From positions 32,001-96,000 of the IMG/VR virus record IMGVR_UViG_3300036861_001106: a DNA stretch of 64,000 bases. The stretch is one strand, 5' to 3'. Under the pieces are notes generated by a model. It worked only from the letters and a program-made list of their open reading frames with translations, had not been told where the DNA came from and ran no database searches. Source of the DNA: a virus. A program made the position numbers and the translations under genes. Of this stretch, positions 55,980 through 64,000 are shown in pieces (position 1 is the stretch's first letter; each line of letters starts with the position of its first letter).

Positions 55980-56735
55980 ATGAGTGCTGACGCGCCCGAG
56001 ACCCCCCGCGACGGTGAGTACCTCCCGACGTCCGCCGAGGCTGCCCTGCAGTTCCAGTCCCTGCGCGTGCTGCGGTTTGCGGAGGAGTACGTGCGGTGCG
56101 GCAACATGCAGGAGGCAGCGCGCCGCGCCGGCTTCACCGGGAGTGAGCCGCAGCTTCGACGGTGTGCCCAGCGACTGCTGGCCCGCGAGGACGTGGGGAA
56201 CTACGTGGTCGCGCACCTGCGCTCCATCGTCTCGCCCGCCGAGGCGGGGGCCATCCTCTCCTCCATCATCCGCGGTTCGATGGGATTCTTCATCGACATC
56301 ACGGAGGAGGGCACCCCCGTGCTGAACCTCAACAAGCCCGAGGCCCAGGCCAACCTGCACCTCATCAAGCGGCTCAAGCCAACTAAGCTGGGCTTTGAGA
56401 TCGAGCTTTGTGACAAGATGCCAGCGCTTGCCCTCTACGCCAAGTACGCGCCGCCGCTCGACCAGCGCGCGATGCAGCGCCGCGCGGTGGAGGAGCTGCT
56501 GCAGGCTCTCCCGCCGAAGCTACGGGATGAGGCGCGGGAGGCGCTGTGTCAGGACCATGGCGCCAACCTCCAGGTCAGTGAGGGGCCTGACGGGGGTGAC
56601 ATGGCCAGCGCCGCTGCCGAGGTGGATCTCTCTTGGCTAAGACCGGAGGAGGAAGCAGCAGCAGCTACCACTACCACTCCCACTCCCACTGTTGCTCCAG
56701 CCCCTGAGGTAGAGGATGAGCCTGAATCTTGGTGA
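55980..56735 (+). CDS. terS: terminase small subunit
   Basis: F.EEY..GN..EAARRAG HTH, IEL.DK..AL; upstream of TerL. Confidence 0.8.
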   Translation: MSADAPETPRDGEYLPTSAEAALQFQSLRVLRFAEEYVRCGNMQEAARRAGFTGSEPQLRRCAQRLLAREDVGNYVVAHLRSIVSPAEAGAILSSIIRGSMGFFIDITEEGTPVLNLNKPEAQANLHLIKRLKPTKLGFEIELCDKMPALALYAKYAPPLDQRAMQRRAVEELLQALPPKLRDEAREALCQDHGANLQVSEGPDGGDMASAAAEVDLSWLRPEEEAAAATTTTPTPTVAPAPEVEDEPESW

Positions 56736-58473
56736 GCAGATTGCGGGGTACATTCGCTCGCTGATTCCCGCATCTGACCTCTCCTCCGCCATCGGCTCCG
56801 ACGAGCGCGAGGCGTGGCGGCAGCGGTACTGGTCGGACCCTGTCCTCTTTGCGCGTGACCACTACCGGTGGCACAACGACCGGTGGCTCGCGGCTTACCA
56901 GCAGGACATCCTGCGCCGGCTCCACACCCACAAGCGCGTTGCTGCCTACGGACCCCGCTCGTTTGGCAAGACGGCGACCGTTGCCCACGCTTGCCTTCAC
57001 TTCTGTCTCACCCGCGACGGCTTCACTGACTGGAAGATCCCCACCACCGCTGGCGGCTACCGGCAGCTTGAGAAGTACCTGTGGCCCGAGCTGCACAAGT
57101 GGGCGCGCCTCCTGCGGTGGGACAAGCTCTGGCGCAAGCCCTTCTCGCGCCGTGACGAGCTGATGAAGCTCTCCCTGGAGGGGGAGACCGGCTCCGCCTT
57201 CGCCGTGGCCTCTGACGACGCCGCCCTCATTGAGGGCGCACACGCCACGCAGATGCTGTTCATCTTCGATGAGTCGAAGAGCATTCCCGACTCCGTCTTC
57301 GATTCTGTGGAGGGCATGCTGGCCGGCGCCGGCCTTGATGACCAGGAGGCGTACCTCCTGGCGACCTCCTCCCCCGGCGACGTCAGCGGGCGCTTCTGGG
57401 CCATCTGCGACCGGCAGGAGAAGTTCGCCGACTGGGACGTGCGGGAGGTGCGCATCGAGGAGGCCATCGCCGCGCGCCGCGTCAGCGCTGACTGGGCGCA
57501 GAAGCGCATGCTGCAGTGGGGGTACAGCTCCACCCTCTTCCAGAACCACGTCCTCGGCCGCTTCGCCAGCGCCGCCAGCGACGGCGTCATCCCCAGCTTC
57601 TGGGTCGAGGAGGCGCAGGCGCGGGGCCCGCAGGAGGCGCGTGGGCCCGCCGACGGCGCCAGCGTCGTCAACTTCGGGGTGGACGTGTCGCGCGGTGGGC
57701 GCAACGAGACCGTGATTGCCGTCCGCCGGGGCTGGGCCATCATCGACCTCATCGCCTGGCAGGACAACGACACCCTCAAGGTGGTCAAGCGGGTCAAGGA
57801 GGCAGCCGCGAAGTACCGCCCCGCCGCCATCATCATCGACGCGGTGGGTGTGGGTGCTGGCGTGTTCGACGTCCTGCGCGACGAGGACTTCCCGGTGGTG
57901 TCCTTCCACGGCGGCGAGGCTGCGCCGGGTCCTGACTCCACCGGGGAGGTTGAGTTCCTGAACTTTCGCGCCTGGGCCTGGTGGCACCTGCGCGAGCTGC
58001 TCAACCCCCACGGGCCCGTCAAGCTCTCCCTGCCCGAGGATCGTGTCCTCCTCACGCACTTGACGGTCGGGACCTACAGCAAGGTGGGTGACCGGCTCAA
58101 GCTGGAGAGCAAGGAGGAGATCGAGAAGCGCCTGCGGAAGCTGAACCCCAACCCCGAGGAGAGCTGCTCCCCCGACCGCGGCGACGCCGTCGTCATGTGC
58201 TTCTCGGACGACAGCACCAGCAACTTCGCCACCCTCTACACCGTCCACACCGCCGCCTCCCTCGCCGTCGAGGCGCCCCGCCTGCAGGGTCTCCCCACGT
58301 CGCCCGTTGCCCTCACCCCCACCGCTGCGACCGCAGCGTTCGTCGCGCGGGAGCAGTGGTACGCGGCGCAGCAGGCTGCGCGGGAGAAGCAGGCGCGCCC
58401 GCTGGAACAGCAGCTCGACAGCCTGTTGTGGCAGCGGGCGCACCGGAACCACGACGTTTGGAACCAGGACTGA
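56716..58473 (+). CDS. terL: terminase large subunit
   Basis: GKT, EG.H, FDE, GVDVSR.G, IDAVGVG.GV.D, SPDRGDA. Confidence 0.92.
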   Translation: MSLNLGEQIAGYIRSLIPASDLSSAIGSDEREAWRQRYWSDPVLFARDHYRWHNDRWLAAYQQDILRRLHTHKRVAAYGPRSFGKTATVAHACLHFCLTRDGFTDWKIPTTAGGYRQLEKYLWPELHKWARLLRWDKLWRKPFSRRDELMKLSLEGETGSAFAVASDDAALIEGAHATQMLFIFDESKSIPDSVFDSVEGMLAGAGLDDQEAYLLATSSPGDVSGRFWAICDRQEKFADWDVREVRIEEAIAARRVSADWAQKRMLQWGYSSTLFQNHVLGRFASAASDGVIPSFWVEEAQARGPQEARGPADGASVVNFGVDVSRGGRNETVIAVRRGWAIIDLIAWQDNDTLKVVKRVKEAAAKYRPAAIIIDAVGVGAGVFDVLRDEDFPVVSFHGGEAAPGPDSTGEVEFLNFRAWAWWHLRELLNPHGPVKLSLPEDRVLLTHLTVGTYSKVGDRLKLESKEEIEKRLRKLNPNPEESCSPDRGDAVVMCFSDDSTSNFATLYTVHTAASLAVEAPRLQGLPTSPVALTPTAATAAFVAREQWYAAQQAAREKQARPLEQQLDSLLWQRAHRNHDVWNQD

Positions 58474-58556
58474 CCCCCCCCACCCTTCCTCGCGGATCCC
58501 TCTTCGTCGTCAGGGGCACTCCGTCTGAAAATTTGGGGTCAGGATTCAGCATTTTT

Positions 58557-59045
58557 TCAGGCTGGGTGATTAGCGCATATCTTTCTTGCCATTTCAATAA
58601 ACTCATCATCGGACATTGATGATTTTATGATGTTTATCCTCCAACAACACAGGACGGTATTCTCTTTGGTATACCCTTTAGTGACCTTTTTTCGGCTTAC
58701 GGATACACAAGCCGGATCGTTTCTTTTTATCGTCATTTGTTCTCCTGTATAGTAGCAAAGTCCTTTTTGCAACTCCCAAAGTACTTTTAAGTGGTTCTCA
58801 TCGATGTCAAAACTTAAATTTTGACACTTTGCTCTTGCCCTTGCTGATAAGAATCTGTAGTGAAAGATCGCTGTCTGTGCCCAAGTCTTGGATTGGGTTT
58901 TATACTTCTCATTGCTCGTCCGGTAGTACTTCAAGCTTGTGCACTTCTTGCACCGCCCCTTTACCGTCTCATAGAAGCAGTCTGGATCTTGGCAGCCACA
59001 CTCTTTGCACAAGTGCGGCCTCGGCTTGGAGCCTCTTTTCCCCAT
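58557..59045 (-). CDS. free-standing HNH-like endonuclease, possibly degenerate
   Basis: low GC; CKKC, QKGLCYYTG, KGYTKEN..CC..IN..K. Confidence 0.7.
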   Translation of the reverse strand: MGKRGSKPRPHLCKECGCQDPDCFYETVKGRCKKCTSLKYYRTSNEKYKTQSKTWAQTAIFHYRFLSARARAKCQNLSFDIDENHLKVLWELQKGLCYYTGEQMTIKRNDPACVSVSRKKVTKGYTKENTVLCCWRINIIKSSMSDDEFIEMARKICANHPA

Positions 59046-59095
59046 CGGATTACCCTGTCTGGTGGGGCAGAGCAGTGCCCCCTCCCTTTTTCAGC

Positions 59096-59296
59096 CTACT
59101 CGCCGAGCACCTGCGTGTAGCTCTCCCGGTACTCAGCGTCATCGATGACCTTCTTCAACTCGTTCTTGTCGTTGAACAGCACCCAGTCGCCGGGCTGACC
59201 CAGGGTCACGCTGATTCCGCCAGCGACCTTCACTCGTAGGGGCTCCTCAAGCTGCACCGCGCTCAGCACGCTGGAGAGCTTCGTCACCTGCCGCAT
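59096..59296 (-). CDS. PGDYG-like small protein
   Basis: GQPGDWVL motif. Confidence 0.5.
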   Translation of the reverse strand: MRQVTKLSSVLSAVQLEEPLRVKVAGGISVTLGQPGDWVLFNDKNELKKVIDDAEYRESYTQVLGE

Positions 59297-59312
59297 CGTT
59301 CCTCCTCTCAGG

Positions 59313-59342
59313 CAAGAAAAGGGGGTACCCGAGGGTACCCCC
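59313..59342 (-). terminator. intrinsic terminator after the PEP-CTERM gene
   Basis: GGGGGTACC stem, 4-nt loop, TTTTCTT. Confidence 0.75.
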
Positions 59343-59365
59343 GCTCAGTCAGCTAGCAGTCACAA

Positions 59366-60037
59366 CTAGGCCAGCTTCAGGACCGGCCACTTCTTGCGCT
59401 TCAGAAAGCCGAGTGCGCCGAACCCCAGCAGCCCCAGCGAGCAGGGCTCGGGGACCGGGTTAGGTAGGCAGTCGCCCTTGTCGTAGCGGAACTGTGCCAT
59501 GGCGAAGTCCACGTCGGAGTGCGCCACGACCTTCGAGAACAGCGCGCCGTCGTCCACCGAGGCGAACAGCCGTGCACCCGCCGCGCCATCCACGGGGCGC
59601 GTGATGCTGCCCAGCAGCACGTCACCGGCGTCGTAGAAGTCCGCCGTGATGTCATGCACCGCGAACGGGTTGGGCTCCGCCTCGAAGCCGAAGATGCTCG
59701 TCGGGGAGCTGAGGAGCATCGTGACCGAGGTGGCTCCCTTGGTCCACAGGACCGCGGGGGTGGCGCTCTCGCTGTCCGGGGGGCTGCTCCAGGTCGCCCA
59801 GCCGCCGCCCGGGACCGTCCGCTTCTGCATCAAGGAAGAAAACGAGACGGTCTCCGTGCCGTCCGTGATCGAGCCGACGTCAGTGAAGTTGGGCAACCCA
59901 CTGAAGTCGATCTTCGTGGTGACGAAGGTGTACAGCACGGACGGCGAGGAGATGTCCTCAAAGGTGGCGTGCGCCGGGCGGGGGCACGCCGCGCAGGTCA
60001 GCAGCAGCGACAGGGCGACCAACAGCTTGTGCTTCAT
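59366..60037 (-). CDS. PEP-CTERM sorting domain protein
   Basis: signal peptide ending AHA; C-terminal VPEPCSLGLLGFGALGFLKRKK. Confidence 0.9.
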   Translation of the reverse strand: MKHKLLVALSLLLTCAACPRPAHATFEDISSPSVLYTFVTTKIDFSGLPNFTDVGSITDGTETVSFSSLMQKRTVPGGGWATWSSPPDSESATPAVLWTKGATSVTMLLSSPTSIFGFEAEPNPFAVHDITADFYDAGDVLLGSITRPVDGAAGARLFASVDDGALFSKVVAHSDVDFAMAQFRYDKGDCLPNPVPEPCSLGLLGFGALGFLKRKKWPVLKLA

Positions 60038-60140
60038 GTAACTCCTCCCCCTCGCGGGGCTGTCAGGGGCTCCTTGCGGAGCCAGTTCCTCACCCGGCGC
60101 GACCCTCTCACGGGTCCCTGGCGTCGGGCAACTTGCTTGG

Positions 60141-60156
60141 TGCAACCTCCGTGCCA
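60141..60156 (-). promoter_or_regulatory. sigma54 (-24/-12) promoter
   Basis: TGGCAC-GGAGG-TTGCA, ~100 nt upstream of the PEP-CTERM start. Confidence 0.75.
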
Positions 60157-60161
60157 AACCG

Positions 60162-63100
60162 CTAGCCAGCGTGAAAGTCGGTGAGGATGACGCCAGGGGT
60201 TCCCTGCGTCGTGAGTTCCTCGCACGTTGAGAACGTCGCATCAAGCCAGGCGCGCTTGCCCTCGGCGCCGACACTGTGCTCGGCTGCAATCGCTCGCGCC
60301 TCCTCTGCCGTGGCAGCGCGCACCACAAGGCCATAGGTGCAGTCATAGGTGATCAACCACGGATTTTGCGCCTTCGTGTCAGGCAGCCCCTCTCTTTCTC
60401 GTAGCAGCCAGAGCTTCATGCCTCCTCCTTCGCGTGCTGCCGCGCTCGCCGTTCGTCCCGCCTCTCCACGTACAGCTCCACCGCCCGCAGGGGGTCCTCC
60501 AGGTAGCACTCAGCGAACAACACGCCGTCGAAGTCGTCCTTCGAGACGTCCTCATAGTGCACAGCGATGGAGACTGCGTCAGCCACCTGGTGGATAAAGT
60601 CGAGCCTCTCCTCTGGGCACTCCTTCTCCGCCGCGCACACGGTCATGCTAATTGGCTTTTGGACTCGGGTGATCGTGATCGGCCAGTCAGGCCGCAGGGT
60701 GCGTGCGACCATTGCGGCAATCGTCACCTGGTTGCGCCGGTAGGTCTCGAACTCCTCGTCGGTCACCTCCCAGCCGGCCGGCTTGATGGCACCCACTCGG
60801 AGGTGGGTCATGATCTTCTCGTCACTCATCCTCTGCGTCCTTCCACACCTCTGCTGAGACTGGGTACGTGCTGGTGCTGCCGGTCAACAGCCTCACCGGC
60901 ACCCACACGCCCGGTGCCTTGCGGCCCTGGCGGGCGCGCGTGTGGTTCACCTGCGTCGCCGGCACCTCGCGCCGGCCCGGCTCGCTGCACAGCCACACCT
61001 CGCGCGTCACCGCGCGGGCGAAGCGGTAGAGCCGCACGCCGCCCCGCGTGTCCTCCACGGCGTACCACCACCTCACTGCCTGCCCTCCCACCACGCCTGG
61101 GCCTTCAGTGCCACCAGCAGGATCACGATGCCCACCAGCAGGGCCCCGCCCATGATCGCCCCTGGCGACAGCGTCTCGACGCCGCCGCGGGCCAACATCA
61201 TCACCGCTGCACCTCTGCCACGTGCCTCACGTTCATCTCTTGGCTCCTTTGTCGCCGTCCGCCTCCAGCCAGTGGTGCTTCCTTCGCCACTCTCGCAGCA
61301 CCTTCTCGGGGTTTGGCTCAGTGCGGGCGTAGCGCAGCAGCAGCGCCTGCCCCACCGCCTCGCGCTCGTTGAGGTCATCCATGAGGGCGTTGTAGTCACT
61401 CCCCGACAGGTTGATGCTGTTGTAGGGGCTCATGTGGCGGTTGCGGCTCACCGTCGCACCTCCGCCACGCGCTCCATGATCACCAGGAAGCGCGCCCCGT
61501 TCGAGTACTGCACCACGGTGACCCCGCCCGGCGTCACCCGCCACCCCCGCCCCAGCCGCCCGCGCAGCTCGCTCGCCAGCTCGCTGTCCGTGCACCACAC
61601 GAAGTCCTGCTGGCGCACCTGCTTGAGCATCCCGCCGGTGGGGCCAAACCCCCCCGTCGTGCCCGGGCTCACCCGCTCCGCCTGTGCCTGCGTCACGTGG
61701 CAGAGCCCCGCGCCCGTGAGCGCCACGATGGCCAGGAGGCCAATGAGCGACCGGTGCTCCTGAAGTTGCAGCCGAAGTTCCTTGAGCATCACTCCTCCTT
61801 CATTGCGCGCTGCAGCTCAGCGAAGTCTTGGTCGACGGCGCGCATCGTCATCTGTAGGGCATCGCTGATTGCGCTTTGAATGCTGATCGTGTAAGTGGTC
61901 CTCCCATTGATGAAGATGTGGATGCATCCCCGCCACAGGTTCAATTCACCTTGGAAGTGAATCTCACCACGCACGTTTGGGGCGTAGAACTTTGTCCACC
62001 TGCCGTCGGGCAGCTCACGCCACCCTCTCACTGCGTCTTGACTGTCCATTCTCCCCCCAGGAGCCGCTCCAGCTCCGCTGTCGCCGTTGCCTCGTGGCCC
62101 TGCCGCACGCCGCGCAGGGTCACCTCACTCCCTGCCTCGTTGCGGACCACCACCCGGCGCTCCTGCACCACCCGCGTCTCCACGGTGATCAGTTGCACGT
62201 TCCACTCCCCTCGGAGCGTGCCAGGATGAACTCTGCTACCTCCGCGCGGAAGGCCACGTACCGCGCGTCCTGTGGGCTCCCCACCAGGCCAAACATGCCA
62301 CTTGCTCCCTGTGGGTCACCTCGTTCCATGTTCTCGGTGGTCAGGCCGACCATGATTTCAGCCGGCGCAAAGCCACTCGCCTGCGCCAGGATAGCAAGCG
62401 TTTCCCCGAACTTTAGTGCCGCCGCCGTGGCCTCCTGCTCGGTTGTTGCCTTTCCCCGGAGGCGGCTCCAGGTTCCCTCATTCACGGTCACGAGGATCTC
62501 CACCTCGCCCCCGCGGCGTTGCACGCGGGCCATGAACTCCTCAGCGAATTGAACGCGCTCCACAGTCATCGTCTCCCTCCCGGCAGGAGCCCAAAGCCCC
62601 CTGCCAGCACCAGGCACGTCATGGCGATCACCACGCCGTTCACCGCCCACCCCACCAGGCTCGGGCACACCTGCATGCCGAGCCAGCCAACGAGGAGCCA
62701 CCCGAGGAACCTCATCGGTCTGCCTCCGTCGGCGCAGTGAACTTGTCACCCCACGCGCACTCCACTGGGATGGCCACGAGCAGGCACTCTCGCTCCTCCA
62801 GCCAGGGCCCACGCCGCACTTTCTCATCGGCAGACTCCCAGAAGCAGGGTTGGAGGCTCTGCCACCGACCATAGTCTTCAGACATCACTCCAACCAGCTC
62901 ATAGCCCCCGCCGATGCGGCCCTCGCGCGTGTTGGTGATTCGGCCGCGCCCCAGGACGAAGCCCTGCGACGCCGCCAAGCCCTCGACCACGCCGCGCTTG
63001 AAGTCCTCAGGCAGCTCTTTCAATCCCGTCTCCCTCCTCACAACACCCGGTGGCGCAGCGCCGTCTCGTCGCCGTACAGGGTGCAGGCCAGCGCCGCCAT

Positions 63101-63608
63101 CACTGCCCGGTTCGCCTCCTCCACCGTTCGCAGGGGCCACGGCACGCGCAGGTGCCCCTTGCAGTCCAGGGGGAACAGGCGCGCGTCGGCGAGCAACTCG
63201 TTGAGCCGCCGCAGCTCCCCCGTCAGGCAGTCCACCCGGTGGGTGCCCCCGGTGGGCCGGTGGCCAATCGTCCCCTTGCTGCGGTAGATCGTGATCACCT
63301 CCGCGCCCGGCGGGAGCAGCCGGCGGAGGGTCATCAGCGCCCGGTCCTGCGCCTCCGCCTCGCACGCCCCGTGCGTTCCTGTGAGCCTCACCTCAGACCT
63401 CCTTTTTCACCAGCTCAACCACGCGCCGCGCCTCACCACTGTGTGCGACCACGCGCTGGGCACTCTCGCGTGTCAAGGTGAACCCCGCACTCCGGTAGGT
63501 CCCCAGCGTGCGCCGGAATACTTGGTTGGCGAACCCCTCGTCGTCGTCCGACCAGGCGCTGATCAGCGTCCCCGTCTCCGCGTCCGTGGTCTGCACCTGC
63601 CACCTCAT
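60162..63608 (-). other. array of small coupled hypothetical early genes (e.g. 60162-60419, 60416-60829, 60822-61094, 61448-61792, 61789-62049, 62189-62569, 62712-63023, 63038-63391, 63393-63608)
   Basis: overlapping start/stop codons with GGAGG RBSs on the - strand. Confidence 0.6.
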
Positions 63609-64000
63609 TTGTCCTCCCTCTGGAACTTGTACTCGTACCCGTCGCACCTATGAACTTTCTTGCAGGCGCGGTGAGTGACTTCAATACTGCCACCTATTTT
63701 AAATGACCCAGAGGCCCTGACTGCCACGCGTCCAACGTGGGTCATTCTGACCTCCTTTCTTGTTACCGTCGCGCTCACGATGTCTCCCGTTTGAAATCCG
63801 AAGTGCAGCTTCTTTCGGGTTCGGTGCCTCGTGGGGAATCCATGCGCGTTCAGGCCGCACATCTGTCGCTTTCCCCACCCTGTGGCCTTGATGCTGAGGG
63901 GGCGAATTCCCCTGACTTGAAGCTGTTCCGGTGTGCTCGCGCCAACGCAGGCTGCATCAAGCCAGTGCTCCTTTGGCAGTCCCAGGCGCGTTCGGTTGAA
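63605..64000 (-). CDS. iscB: IscB RNA-guided endonuclease (IS200/IS605 OMEGA), 3' part; truncated by the window edge
   Basis: FNRTRLGLPKEHWLDAACVG..G.G.RQMC..GFP..GFQTGDIV..GRVAVRASGSF..DGYEY. Confidence 0.88.
   Translation of the reverse strand, partial: FNRTRLGLPKEHWLDAACVGASTPEQLQVRGIRPLSIKATGWGKRQMCGLNAHGFPTRHRTRKKLHFGFQTGDIVSATVTRKEVRMTHVGRVAVRASGSFKIGGSIEVTHRACKKVHRCDGYEYKFQREDK

Noticed and set aside
56655-56690. GCA and CCACT[AC] microrepeats in terS
   Set aside because: Encode a low-complexity AAAATTTTPTPT linker
1-64000. CRISPR array, tRNA, rRNA, integrase/att, reverse transcriptase or DGR
   Set aside because: None recognised by eye; short tRNA-like or mini-array elements could have been missed without a scan

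Overview
A 64-kb high-GC segment of a tailed dsDNA phage (siphovirus-like tail); neither genome end, a portal gene nor an integrase is in view. The + strand (1-32952) carries an amidase endolysin, a single ChaB/T4-gp21-like protease/scaffold/T4-gp23-like capsid polyprotein, and neck and tail genes (frameshifted chaperone, tape measure). It continues with a GT9/methyltransferase/sulfotransferase-like cassette and minor tail genes. One probable virion gene is split by two ORF-less group I introns (21378-21604, 21711-21955) and sits back-to-back with a free-standing LAGLIDADG endonuclease. The - strand (32932-55850) carries a resolvase, cupin, HldA/RfaE-like heptose kinase, a stand-alone PAS plus ethylene-receptor-like sensor module, and a DNA methyltransferase whose open frame contains an overprinted HNH endonuclease. 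It also carries DnaE, a putative origin, primase and SF3 helicase (with an apparent antisense RNA/pseudoknot control leader), SSB, recombinase, ParB-like proteins and an SNF2 helicase. Terminase genes follow on +. The right end holds a sigma54-driven PEP-CTERM gene, small early genes and the 3' part of an IscB. The host is probably a diderm with exosortase (inference). All family calls come from motif recognition by eye; no searches were run.
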